64,000 nt of DNA, from NCBI GenBank assembly GCA_963745035.1, contig CAVUVW010000016.1:96001-160000 (forward strand), in the 5' to 3' direction. Position 1 is the first letter of the stretch; each line of letters opens with the position of its first letter. The notes beneath the pieces were generated by a model. That model saw nothing but the letters and a program-made list of their open reading frames with translations, was not told the DNA's origin and did no database searches. The translations under genes were made by a program, and so were the position numbers. Below are positions 38,873-48,254 of this stretch, one piece after another. This stretch comes from an uncultured delta proteobacterium (GTDB lineage Bacteria > Desulfobacterota > Binatia > UBA9968).

Positions 38873-39917
38873 AATGCTACCAGTTGCTGTCCTTACCGGC
38901 TTGTTGACGGGTCTTTCTTTTTCCTCCGGGTTTGCGCAGGCGCCTTTCTACGCAGGGAAGACTATCACGATCATTCGCGGCAGCGCTCCCGGCGGCGTCG
39001 GCGAGATGCGCACCAGGGCGGTGGCGAACTATCTCAAGAAGCATGTGCCGGGAAATCCCACTGTGGTGATCGAGTTCATGCCGGGAGCTGGCGGCACCAA
39101 GGCCGCTAACCATCTTTATCGCGGCGGCGCGCGCGCCGACGGCCTGGTCATCGGCAGCGCGCCGAGCGGCATGGTGTCGTCGGCGATTTTGGGCGAAGCC
39201 GGAGTGCAATACGATCTCGACAAGTTCATCTATCTGGGATCGCCGAACAGCGAATCGCACTATGTGTTTTTCACCAATCGGAAACTCGGTCTCGGGAGCA
39301 TGGAAAAATTGCGGGCCCATTCGGGATTGCGCATCGGCGCGCAAACGGTTGGTCATCCGATTTACCTTACCGGCCGGCTGTTCGCTCTGATACTCGGCTT
39401 GAAGGAGCCCAAGTTCGTCGTCGGCTACTCTTCTCCGGAGCTCGATGTCGCGATGCTGAGCGGCGAGTTGGATGCCACGCCGGGCGTCGCCAGCAGTGTG
39501 GTAAAGCAGAACCCCGAGTTTCTGGACAAGGGCTTGATGGATTTCCACTCCATCGTCGAGATTCCTCGCGGCGACAAACACCCCCGCTTTGCCCAGCTGC
39601 CGGAACTGGATAGCTTCGTGAAGTCGGACAAGGAACGCAAGCTCCTGGCACTCCATCGTACCTTCAGGCTCGCCGGCTCGCCGTTCATTTTGCCTCCCGG
39701 CACTCCCAAAGACCGCGCCGACATTTTGCGCGAGGCCATGCGGAAAATTTATGCCGATCGGGAATTTCTCGCCGAGTATCTGAAATTGACCGGCGAAGAG
39801 GCATCCCCTCTTACCCCCGACGCCAATGACAAGGCCATCAAAGAACTGCCGCGCGATCCCGAAATCATCGAGTTCTACAAACTGCTCGGCGGTAATCAGC
39901 CGCTGCCAGCGCGCTGA
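38859..39917 (+). CDS. TctC/Bug-family substrate-binding protein
   Basis: Signal peptide, PFYAGKTITII, KHVPGNPT, PGTPK, C-terminal QPLPAR. Confidence 0.85.
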   Translation: MKPNRMLPVAVLTGLLTGLSFSSGFAQAPFYAGKTITIIRGSAPGGVGEMRTRAVANYLKKHVPGNPTVVIEFMPGAGGTKAANHLYRGGARADGLVIGSAPSGMVSSAILGEAGVQYDLDKFIYLGSPNSESHYVFFTNRKLGLGSMEKLRAHSGLRIGAQTVGHPIYLTGRLFALILGLKEPKFVVGYSSPELDVAMLSGELDATPGVASSVVKQNPEFLDKGLMDFHSIVEIPRGDKHPRFAQLPELDSFVKSDKERKLLALHRTFRLAGSPFILPPGTPKDRADILREAMRKIYADREFLAEYLKLTGEEASPLTPDANDKAIKELPRDPEIIEFYKLLGGNQPLPAR

Positions 39918-39950
39918 GACGCTGTGGCACAGTGAGTCACAAGAAGAAAA

Positions 39951-40104
39951 AATTTGAAGCACGAAATCCGAAATCCGAAACAACGTCGAAATGACCAAAA
40001 CAAGAGAAAACAGGCTTCCCGCAGATTGAATGTTTTGGATTTTCCCATTTTGGGATTACTGTTCTGAGTTTGTTTCGGATTTCGATATTCGGATTTCGAA
40101 ATTT
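39951..40104. repeat. inverted 7-bp-period (CGAAATC-like) repeat array
   Basis: aagcacg aaatccg aaatccg aaacaa ... ttgtttcggatttcgatattcggatttcgaa; a related array lies at 25918-25950. Confidence 0.65.
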
Positions 40105-40135
40105 TTTCGGGATCTTGCTGAGCGAAGGAGGAAAT

Positions 40136-40633
40136 GTGAAGCCGGAAAAGGCGCAATTGGTTATCCAGGGTCTCAAGGAGGCCGGCGTTGATTTCGCCGC
40201 CGGCGTGCCTGATGCGCAGTTCATCGAAGTCTATAAAATGCTCGCGGAAGACCGCGACATCCACTATGTCGGCGCAGCCAATGAAGCCGAGGCGACGGGC
40301 ATCGGGTTCGGCGCCTGGTTCGGCGGCAAAAAACCCGCGCTGATCCTCGCCACATCCGGGTTGCTCGTGGCGACCTATCATCTCGCGCGCATCAACCTGC
40401 TTCACGAGGTGCCGGTTTTGATCGTGATCCCTTACCGTGGCGACATCGGCGATCCGCGCTGGATGGGACTTTACAAGAAAACAACCGAGCCCGGTCTCAA
40501 CGCCATGGATATTCCCTATCGCATCGTCAGCCGCTCGCCGGATATTGTTCGCACCATAAAGGAATGCAACGAGAGCGCGCGCGCCTGGCTCAAGCCGGTC
40601 GCCGTGCTGCTCAACGAGGAGGCTCTATGGTAA
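40136..40633 (+). CDS. TPP-dependent decarboxylase alpha subunit, sulfopyruvate decarboxylase ComD-like
   Basis: GVDF..GVPD, ANEAEA.GI..GAW.GGKKP, YRGD.G; GTG start after AGGAGG. Confidence 0.8.
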   Translation: MKPEKAQLVIQGLKEAGVDFAAGVPDAQFIEVYKMLAEDRDIHYVGAANEAEATGIGFGAWFGGKKPALILATSGLLVATYHLARINLLHEVPVLIVIPYRGDIGDPRWMGLYKKTTEPGLNAMDIPYRIVSRSPDIVRTIKECNESARAWLKPVAVLLNEEALW

Positions 40634-41253
40634 GCCGGTTCACCCTGCTCAAAGAACTTTCGGCCATCGTTCCTGATGAGGTGTTGGTGCTGACGAGCAT
40701 CGGCAACAACAGCGGCTTTTGGGGCCAGCTCAAAGAGCGCGAAGCGAACTTGTTTCATCTGACCATGGGCATGTGCTCATCGACGGCGCTCGGGTTGGCG
40801 CTCGCGCTGCCCAATCGAAAAATCGTCGCGGTCGACTCCGACGGCAATCTGCTCTTGAATCTGGGAGTGCTCGGCACCATCGCCAATGAAGCGCCGAAAA
40901 ATTTGACCATCGTCGTCATGGACAACGGCAATTACCTCGGCAGCCACAAACACGCGCCCGGCATGCCCACTGCGACGAGCGGCAAAATGGATCTGGAAGC
41001 CGTCGCCAAAGCGTGCGGGATCAGCGGTGCCAGCACCGTCGAGGATGCGGCAGCGTTTCGGGATAAGATTCAAGTTGCGCTCGGCAGCGCCGGGCCGCAT
41101 TTTATCCGGGCGCGCATCGAAGCGCTCGACCAGGACGCGCCGAAGAAAACCAAGCGCGTCCCGGACCCGCGCGAAAACAAATACCAGTTCGCGAGCTACG
41201 TGCAAAAAACCGAGGGCGTAGAAATTCTGGGAAGCGGACTCGGCGGCGGATGA
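40627..41253 (+). CDS. TPP-dependent decarboxylase beta subunit, ComE-like
   Basis: MGMCSSTALGLALA, DSDGNLLLNLG...MDNGNY TPP-binding motif; overlaps the alpha subunit. Confidence 0.8.
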   Translation: MVSRFTLLKELSAIVPDEVLVLTSIGNNSGFWGQLKEREANLFHLTMGMCSSTALGLALALPNRKIVAVDSDGNLLLNLGVLGTIANEAPKNLTIVVMDNGNYLGSHKHAPGMPTATSGKMDLEAVAKACGISGASTVEDAAAFRDKIQVALGSAGPHFIRARIEALDQDAPKKTKRVPDPRENKYQFASYVQKTEGVEILGSGLGGG

Positions 41254-41311
41254 GATGGGTTTTGCCCGGAATTCCACAGCGAGCAGGACAATCATTTTGA
41301 AAGGATAAGCG

Positions 41312-42292
41312 ATGCAAATTCCGTCGACCGCCCGCACATGCGGAGGTTTCGTATTGGCAACTCTTCTCTGCATTCATGCTTATTCAGCAGCTTATGCTCA
41401 GTCGCGTTCCAAGTTTGCGTACTCGTCGGTGGGATCGATGGCGACCGCCGTATGGATGGCCAAAGAGAGCGGCGCGTTTGAAAAGTACGGACTTCAAACC
41501 GATATCATCTTCATCTCCTCGGGCCCTGTCGTCGTGCAGGCATTGATCGGCGGCGATCTGCTCGGTGGAAGCGCAGCCAGCAACGCGGTGATCAATGCGA
41601 TCTTAAATGGCGCGCCAATCATCGCCGTGGGCGGCACGGCTAACCGACCCTATCACCGGCTTTTTGTTCAGCCGGAAATCAACCGCCTCGAAGATCTTAA
41701 GGGGAAAACCCTCGGCGTCACCCGGTTCGGCTCGATCACGGACAATTTGACTCGAATACTCTTGCGCAAGCACGGCCTTGAAAATGCAGTGACTGTGCGC
41801 CAGATGGGGGGAACGCTGGAAGTCGCTGCAGCATTTCAGAATCGGCAGATCGCCGGCGCCGTGACCGGAGAGCTGCGTGGGCCGGCTCTGACAGTGCCGA
41901 AGATCCTAGTTAGGCTTATCGATATGGGGATTCCCTATTCGATGAACATGATCGCCGTATCGCGCGATTTGTTGAAGCGCAATCCGGAAACCGTCGAGGG
42001 AATCGTGCGAGCCTACGCCGAAGGTGTGGCGTTCATGAATCACAATAAAGAACGAGCTTTAAAAATCATCGCCAAATATGCGCACCTCGCAGACGCCAAG
42101 CAGGTCGAAGATCACTATCGCGATTCGGTCACTTATCTCGACCGCATCCCGCGCGCCGAGCCGGAGGCCGTGCAAACGATCTTGGAGTTCATGGGCAAAA
42201 AAGGCGTTCCATCGGAAACTTTCCAGGACAATTCGATTGTCGACAAGCTCAGCCGGGAAGGTTTCTTCGACAGACTCTACAAGAAGTCTTAG
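41312..42292 (+). CDS. ABC substrate-binding protein, SsuA/NMT1 type
   Basis: VWMAKESGAFEKYGL, DLKGKTLGVTRFGS, C-terminal EGFFDRLYKKS. Confidence 0.85.
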   Translation: MQIPSTARTCGGFVLATLLCIHAYSAAYAQSRSKFAYSSVGSMATAVWMAKESGAFEKYGLQTDIIFISSGPVVVQALIGGDLLGGSAASNAVINAILNGAPIIAVGGTANRPYHRLFVQPEINRLEDLKGKTLGVTRFGSITDNLTRILLRKHGLENAVTVRQMGGTLEVAAAFQNRQIAGAVTGELRGPALTVPKILVRLIDMGIPYSMNMIAVSRDLLKRNPETVEGIVRAYAEGVAFMNHNKERALKIIAKYAHLADAKQVEDHYRDSVTYLDRIPRAEPEAVQTILEFMGKKGVPSETFQDNSIVDKLSREGFFDRLYKKS

Positions 42293-42344
42293 CTGCAGAC
42301 CTTCGAGCGGCAACGAAATGGATTCCAATTAGAGGAACAAGGTA

Positions 42345-43079
42345 ATGAAGCAAGTGATCACGCGCCCTTTGAGAGAAGATAAAGACGGCATCGAGGGCTA
42401 CATAGCCCATCCGGAGCGCGCCGAGAAAGGTCCGGGTCTATTGCTGATCCATCAACATTCGGGTCTCACGGGTTACTTGAAAACAGCGGCCTACAAGTTT
42501 GCCCAGCTCGGTTACACGACGGTGATACCAAATTTGTATCACATGCTCGGCTACCCGGCGGAGCAGCACATCGACAAAGGCACCGAGATTCAGAACAAGA
42601 CGCCGGACCCTGAATTCGTGCGAGTCATTGATCGCGGCTGGCGCTACTGTCTCTCGCGCAAGGACGTGGACGGCTCGCGCATTGGCGTGGTCGGCTACTG
42701 CATGGGCGGGCGCCTCGGCATTCACTTCGTCGCCGCGACTCCCGCCGTGCGCGCGTTTGTCGCTTATTATCCATCGGTGCGCGATGAGGAGCCGACGAAG
42801 ATACGGCCGCGCCATCCGAATGACGCGGCGCGCGAGATCAAATGCCCGTCGATGATTCTTTTCGGCGGACAGGATCGAACCAGCACTTTTCCGATTCAGC
42901 AGCAGGTGATGGAAAGCTTCCATGCGAATGGCCAGCCGTTAGAGTGGCATCGGTTTCATTTCGGAAATCACGGTTTCGCGTCGACCGAATCAGATGGCTA
43001 TCAGCCGTATCTCGCCGATCTCGTTTGGCCGTTGGTGACGGAGTTTTTACGACGAGAGTTGGTCGAGCCGGCGATGTAG
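42345..43079 (+). CDS. dienelactone hydrolase family protein
   Basis: GYCMGG nucleophile motif, GGQD, NHGF. Confidence 0.9.
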   Translation: MKQVITRPLREDKDGIEGYIAHPERAEKGPGLLLIHQHSGLTGYLKTAAYKFAQLGYTTVIPNLYHMLGYPAEQHIDKGTEIQNKTPDPEFVRVIDRGWRYCLSRKDVDGSRIGVVGYCMGGRLGIHFVAATPAVRAFVAYYPSVRDEEPTKIRPRHPNDAAREIKCPSMILFGGQDRTSTFPIQQQVMESFHANGQPLEWHRFHFGNHGFASTESDGYQPYLADLVWPLVTEFLRRELVEPAM

Positions 43080-43146
43080 TACGGAGCTGATCGACTGTGG
43101 TAGTGTCCGAGATATGTGTCGATCGCTAGGCGGAGGGAGCGGATTG

Positions 43147-44089
43147 ATGAGAAAGGCCGTTCTCCTGGGATTGGTTTGCTATGGGTTGATGTCTGCACCG
43201 CTATGGGCGGCGACGCCCCAGCCGCGGGTGCGAATCGCCTATGCTTCGATCAGCTCCATCTTCGCCGGACTCTGGGTCGCCAAAGAAACCGGCGCGTTTG
43301 AGAAATACGGAGTTCGCGGCGAGTTGCTTTACATCGGCGCCGGGCAGCGTTGCGGTGCAAGCGATGATGGGCGGAGAAGTTGAAGTCGTCGCCGGCGCAG
43401 GCAATGCGGTGATTGCGGCAACCTTGCAAGGCGCGCCGTTGGTCTCCGTGGGATCGGTGGTCAACGTGCCGGCCATGACGTTATGGGTGCAGCCGGAGAT
43501 CAAGAGGCCTGAGCAGTTGCAGGGTAAGGTGCTGGGAATTTCACGCCATGGTTCGGCGACGCATTATTTGACTTTGATCGCTTTAGAAAAACTCGGCTTG
43601 AAAGACAAGGTCAAGCTGCAAGCTCTTGGCGGTGCGCCTGAAACCGATGCATCGTTTCGCGCCGGGCTGATCGCCGGCGCGGTGCGCTCGGTAAAGCCCG
43701 ATCGCAAGGCGCATGGTTTGGCGGATCTTGCCGAGCTCAATATTCCATTTCCGATGGATCTTTTCGCGGTGAACCGGGAATATTACAAGCACTCGGGCAG
43801 AGTCGTCGAAGGGATGCTCAAAGCTTATAGCGACGGCGTCGCAACCATTAAAAAGCGCAAAGATGTAGCTGTCGATGTGATCCGAAAATATCTACGTAAA
43901 AGCGATGTGGAAGACTCTTACGAATACGCGTTTCGTTATCTTGAACGAGTACCGAGGGTGGATCACGGGAGCATCCAAACCGTCTTGGCAATGGAAAACA
44001 AGTCGGATATCGCAGCGAGCAGATTTTATGATAACACGATAATCGACCGGTTGGTTCAAGAAGGGTTTTTCGACAATCTTTATAAGTGA
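43147..44089 (+). CDS. ABC substrate-binding protein, SsuA/NMT1 type (frameshift near 43340)
   Basis: ORF 43114..43383 (signal peptide, LWVAKETGAFEKYG) continues in ORF 43241..44089 (EGFFDNLYK). Confidence 0.8.
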
Positions 44090-44101
44090 AGGAGAGCGAC
44101 T

Positions 44102-44815
44102 ATGCAGGTAGCCGAATGGCGTAAGGCGATTGGCGAGATGGTGCGCGATCACATGCGTTCGCCGGAGCTGGAGCATTACTTTTCGGTAAAGATGAACAAG
44201 CCGCGGGCGCAAATGATGATCACGCAGCTGGGCCTCTACATCCGCCACCGGCGCGACTGCTGGGCTCTGGTCTCGGCGAATTGCCCCGTCATGGGGGTCA
44301 AGCAAGCTATTCTGCAGCACGAGTACGGCGAAGTGATCAAGGATCAATTTTCGGACTACGGCCACCTGCACCTGATCATCAAGCAGGCCGAAAAGCTCGG
44401 CATGACGCCGAAGGAAGTTATCGACACCAAGCCGATCACGACCACGACGGCGACTTTGTATGCCTGGGCTTGGCTGACGCACGCGAAAAGCTGGATCGAA
44501 GGTTTGTCGGCTCTTACAGTCACGGAATGGACCAACGACGACCGGTTGCTGAAAGACATCGGCGGCGGGCACTCCACGCGCATGGGCAAGCGGTGGACGG
44601 AGGACATGGGGATCGCCTGGCGCGATATGCCGAACTTCGTCGCCCACTCGCAGGCCGATGAAGAGCATAGCGATATGTTTCTGCCGTTTTTGGAAGAGTA
44701 CGCCACGGGAGAAAAAGAACGGCTGGCCCTGGATGCCGTAAAAGAGTCGCTCGATCTGTTCGCGCTTTATCGCGATGGCGTGGCGCGCGCGATGGAAAAG
44801 ATTCCGTTGAATTGA
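44102..44815 (+). CDS. heme-oxygenase-like diiron enzyme (CADD/PqqC/TenA fold), paralog 1
   Basis: 237 aa, predicted helical; E77-x10-H88, E142, H182-x3-D186-x2-H189; RHRRDCW motif. Confidence 0.8.
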   Translation: MQVAEWRKAIGEMVRDHMRSPELEHYFSVKMNKPRAQMMITQLGLYIRHRRDCWALVSANCPVMGVKQAILQHEYGEVIKDQFSDYGHLHLIIKQAEKLGMTPKEVIDTKPITTTTATLYAWAWLTHAKSWIEGLSALTVTEWTNDDRLLKDIGGGHSTRMGKRWTEDMGIAWRDMPNFVAHSQADEEHSDMFLPFLEEYATGEKERLALDAVKESLDLFALYRDGVARAMEKIPLN

Positions 44816-44827
44816 ATCGTGTCTTTT

Positions 44828-44908
44828 CCTCTCCCCCTGGGAGAGGATTGAGGTGAGGGTGTCATTCGCAGGTTTGCCCTCACCCTTCCCTCTCGCAGAG
44901 GGAGAGGG
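44828..44908. repeat. inverted pair of CCTCTCCC..GGGAGAGG hairpin REPs
   Basis: cctctccccctgggagaggattgaggtgaggg ... ccctcacccttccctctcgcagagggagaggg. Confidence 0.7.
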
Positions 44909-44965
44909 TACGAAATCGGAAGTGACGATATTAACAAAAACTCTGAGCTAACAAGGAGGAAGAAC

Positions 44966-45304
44966 ATGGAAAAACCACGAATTAGACACATCGCAATCAA
45001 CGTCGAAGATCTCGACAAGACCGCGGAATACTACAAAAGAGTTTTTGGCATGGAAGAAAAACATCGCCGCCCTGGGGGAACGATTTATCTATCCGACGGC
45101 CATCTCGATCTCGCTCTTATCCATACCGAGAAATATCCCTGGGGGATCCACCACTTTGGCTTCAAGGTCGATAGCGTCCAAGAAATCGAGAAAATTGCCG
45201 ATACGAAAGCCGAGGACAACACCTACGGCGCCATTGCGGAAAGCTGGATCAAAGACGTCGAAGGTAACCGCGTCGATATCTCCGAGCACGGCTGGCCGAT
45301 CTAG
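44966..45304 (+). CDS. VOC/glyoxalase-family protein
   Basis: IRHIAI, YLSDG, GIHHFGF.VD, KDVEGNRVDIS; RBS AGGAGG. Confidence 0.85.
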   Translation: MEKPRIRHIAINVEDLDKTAEYYKRVFGMEEKHRRPGGTIYLSDGHLDLALIHTEKYPWGIHHFGFKVDSVQEIEKIADTKAEDNTYGAIAESWIKDVEGNRVDISEHGWPI

Positions 45305-45431
45305 CAGCCTGCTGAAAAAGACTCATATGCTTCGTTGCGCTTAATCGCCTCGCGTCAACGTACTGCCGATGTACGCCTCCGCTCGTCGATTTTCGCGCGC
45401 CTCGCCTCTGAGATCTTTTTGAGCAGTCTGC
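45304..45431. mobile_element. MITE-like element (about 128 bp)
   Basis: Terminal inverted repeats gcagcctgctgaaaaag / ctttttgagcagtctgc (15 of 17 match) with a self-complementary interior. Confidence 0.55.
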
Positions 45432-45515
45432 ACTGCAGTTTTTTTGGTTATCTGCTGGGAAGGTCTCGCATCAAGTCTCTAGTCGCGGCAGATTTAAAGC
45501 GTATGGGATAGCCGG

Positions 45516-46478
45516 ATGTTTGTTGCTCAGTACTTAGTCCGCATTTACGCTGCCCTGACCTTATTTTTTCTCGCCCTCGCGCCCGGACTGTCAACGGCTC
45601 AGGCTCTTCCAAAGGTGAGCGTTGCTTATGCGGCTATCAGCCCGATATTCGCAGGGGTTTGGATGGCCAAAGAGATCGGCGCCTTCGAGAAGCACGGCCT
45701 CAAGTCGGAATTGGTTTATATCAGTTCCGGCAGCATTACCGTGCAGGCGATGGTGGGCGGCAATTTGGACATGAGCGTGGCCGCGAGCAACGCTGTGGTG
45801 AGCTCGATTCTTCGCGGCGCGCCGCTGATCGCGGTCGGCAGTATCACCAACCGACCGGCCATGAGCTTATTTGTCCAACCCGAAATCTCCAGACCTGAGC
45901 AGCTTCAAGGCAAAGCGCTCGCGATCACCCGCCACGGCTCGTCGACGCATTTTCTAACTCTTTTCGTTCTCGAAAAGCTCGGCCTTAAAGACAAGGTCAA
46001 GATCCAACCCATGGGCGGAACTCGGGAAGTGGACACCGCGGTCCGAACCGGGATGGTCGCGGGAGCCGTGCGCAGCATGAAGCCTGGGCCAAAAACACGA
46101 ATGTTGGTCGACTTGCCCGACCTAGGGATTCCGTTCTCGATGGATCTCATCGCAGTGAAGCGCGAGTTTGCCAAGAATTCTCCTCGCTCCGTGGAAGCGA
46201 TGCTCAAGGCGTATATCGAGGGAGTCGCGGCGCTGCGAACCAGAAAGGAATTCGCTTATAAGGTTTTGGGCAAGTACCTCCTTGGCGGCGAGTCGTTGGA
46301 TGAAGCCTACGAGTATGCGGTTAAATATCTTGATCGTGAGGCAAAAGTGGATCCGGCGGTTATTCAGACGGTTTTGAATTGGGAGAATAAGGGCGAAACT
46401 TCGGTCAACGACTTTTTCGACAATTCGATAATCGATCGAATCATCAAAGAGGGGTTTGTCGACCGGCTGTACAAATAG
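45516..46478 (+). CDS. ABC substrate-binding protein, SsuA/NMT1 type
   Basis: Signal peptide, VWMAKEIGAFEKHGL, EQLQGKALAITRHGS, EGFVDRLYK. Confidence 0.87.
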   Translation: MFVAQYLVRIYAALTLFFLALAPGLSTAQALPKVSVAYAAISPIFAGVWMAKEIGAFEKHGLKSELVYISSGSITVQAMVGGNLDMSVAASNAVVSSILRGAPLIAVGSITNRPAMSLFVQPEISRPEQLQGKALAITRHGSSTHFLTLFVLEKLGLKDKVKIQPMGGTREVDTAVRTGMVAGAVRSMKPGPKTRMLVDLPDLGIPFSMDLIAVKREFAKNSPRSVEAMLKAYIEGVAALRTRKEFAYKVLGKYLLGGESLDEAYEYAVKYLDREAKVDPAVIQTVLNWENKGETSVNDFFDNSIIDRIIKEGFVDRLYK

Positions 46479-46556
46479 TCCCGCGACTGCAGCATTTGTC
46501 CGGAATCGCGTCAGCCCCCACGCAAGTAGGTTGGAAGAGATACGAAGGAGAAGAGC

Positions 46557-47264
46557 ATGAATCAAGCGCAGTGGCGGTGCGAGCTTGGAGAGATCGTGCG
46601 AAACGCGATGCGTTCGCCCGAGATCGAGCACTACTTCAAGGTCAAGATCACCAAGGCCGGCGCGCGGGCATTGACCACGCAGCTCGGTCTCTTCATTCGC
46701 CATCGGCGCGACTGCTGGGCGCATGTCTCGGCCAACTGCCCGCACATGACGGTGAAACAAAAAATTCTACGCCACGAATACGGCGAGGTGATCAAGGACG
46801 AATATACCGAGCACGGTCATCTGGATCTCATCGTCCGTCAAGGCAAAGCCCTAGGATTGTCGGTGAAGGAAACGCTCGAGGTCGAGCCGTTGCCCACGAC
46901 CATGGCCACGCTCTACGCGTGGGGCTGGATGACTCGGGAAAAAAGTTGGCTCGAAGGGATGGTGTCGTTGTCCGTCACCGAGTGGGCCAACGACGATCGC
47001 TTGCATCACGACATCGGCGGCGGTCTCTCGAGCCGCATGGCCAAGCGCTGGATGGACGATCTGGGATTTGGCTGGGAGCAAATGCCGAATTTCAAAGTGC
47101 ACAGCCAAGCGGACGAAGAGCACAGCGACATGTTTCTCGAGGATCTAGAGCATTACGCCGTCGGTGAGAAGGAAAGCCTCGTCATTCAGGCCGCCAAAGA
47201 GTCCATGGAGCTGCATAAAATATTCCGCGGCGGCATCGCCAAAGAGATGGAAAGACTAGGTTAG
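46557..47264 (+). CDS. heme-oxygenase-like diiron enzyme, paralog 2
   Basis: RHRRDCW, HEYGE-x10-H, TEW, HSQADEEH. Confidence 0.8.
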   Translation: MNQAQWRCELGEIVRNAMRSPEIEHYFKVKITKAGARALTTQLGLFIRHRRDCWAHVSANCPHMTVKQKILRHEYGEVIKDEYTEHGHLDLIVRQGKALGLSVKETLEVEPLPTTMATLYAWGWMTREKSWLEGMVSLSVTEWANDDRLHHDIGGGLSSRMAKRWMDDLGFGWEQMPNFKVHSQADEEHSDMFLEDLEHYAVGEKESLVIQAAKESMELHKIFRGGIAKEMERLG

Positions 47265-47294
47265 AACTGATGCCGACGTGACGGAATAACAACG

Positions 47295-48002
47295 ATGAAT
47301 GCGAACGAATGGTCTTCTGCTTTCGGCGAATTGGCGCGGCAAACGATGTCTTCGCCGGAGCTCGAGCGTTATTTTTCCATACCGATTACCAAGGCGCGCG
47401 CGCAAATCATCCTGCAGCAGCTTTCGCTCTATGTGCGCCACCGGCGCGATTGCTGGGCTTACGTGTCGGGAAATACGCCGGTGCTCGCCGTGAAGCAGAA
47501 GATTCTCGGCCACGAATATGAAGAGATGATCCGCGATCAGCATTCGGAGCACGGCCATCTCGATTTGATCATTCGCCAAGGAAAATGCATCGGTCTAAGC
47601 GCCGACGACATCTTGAATACCAAGCCGCTCGCGAGCACCTCGGCGACGCTGTACGCGTGGGGCTGGATGTGCAAGAAAAAGCATTGGCTCGAAGGCCTGG
47701 CGGCGATGAGCGCGACGGAATGGAATCAGGACGACCGGCTGCTCGGCGATTTGGGCGGCGGCCACGCGTTTAAAATGGGCCAGCGATGGGTCGAGCATCT
47801 GGGCATAACCTGGGATGATCTGCCGAATTGGAAAGCGCACCGCGAAGCCGACAAAGGCCATGTCGATATGTTTCTGCCGGTTTGGGAAGAATACGGCAAA
47901 GGCGAAAACGAAAGATTGATCTTGCAGGCGGCGAAAGAGTCGGAAGAACTTTATCGTGTCTATCAGGCGGGGATCGCGGATGCGATGGAACGGGTGTCGT
48001 AG
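47295..48002 (+). CDS. heme-oxygenase-like diiron enzyme, paralog 3
   Basis: RHRRDCW, HEYEE-x10-H, TEW, HREADKGH. Confidence 0.8.
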   Translation: MNANEWSSAFGELARQTMSSPELERYFSIPITKARAQIILQQLSLYVRHRRDCWAYVSGNTPVLAVKQKILGHEYEEMIRDQHSEHGHLDLIIRQGKCIGLSADDILNTKPLASTSATLYAWGWMCKKKHWLEGLAAMSATEWNQDDRLLGDLGGGHAFKMGQRWVEHLGITWDDLPNWKAHREADKGHVDMFLPVWEEYGKGENERLILQAAKESEELYRVYQAGIADAMERVS

Positions 48003-48082
48003 GATCCCGCTCGAGATGAAAGATAGCGCAACGTGCGGAGATCCAAGCGATGACTCTCTCGCAAAAGGTTGCTGATATTTTA

Positions 48083-48218
48083 TTCCTTCCCCCTCGACGG
48101 CGGAAGGTTAGGATGGGGGTGCTGCGCAGCAATTGAAAACGGGCGTCCCCACCCCGGCTTGAACAGGAGGCCGGCTTGAACGGAGCGCAGCGGTTGAACG
48201 GCTTGAACGTTTTGAACG
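48083..48218 (-). repeat. composite element: GTTCAA array, IS481-end-like core and hairpin REP
   Basis: The minus strand reads gttcaaaac gttcaagcc gttcaaccgctgcgctccgttcaag..cctcctgttcaagccgggg..ccatcctaaccttccgccgtcgagggggaagg. Confidence 0.7.
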
Positions 48219-48254
48219 AAGAAGTGGTTGAGAAAAGCGTCAGGAGAACAAGCA

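Noticed and set aside
140-43345. Programmed ribosomal frameshifting at the split genes (about 145, 13650, 28100, 32950, 43340)
   Set aside because: There are no consistent slippery sites, and intact paralogs of the SBPs exist in the window. Sequencing indels are the simpler explanation.
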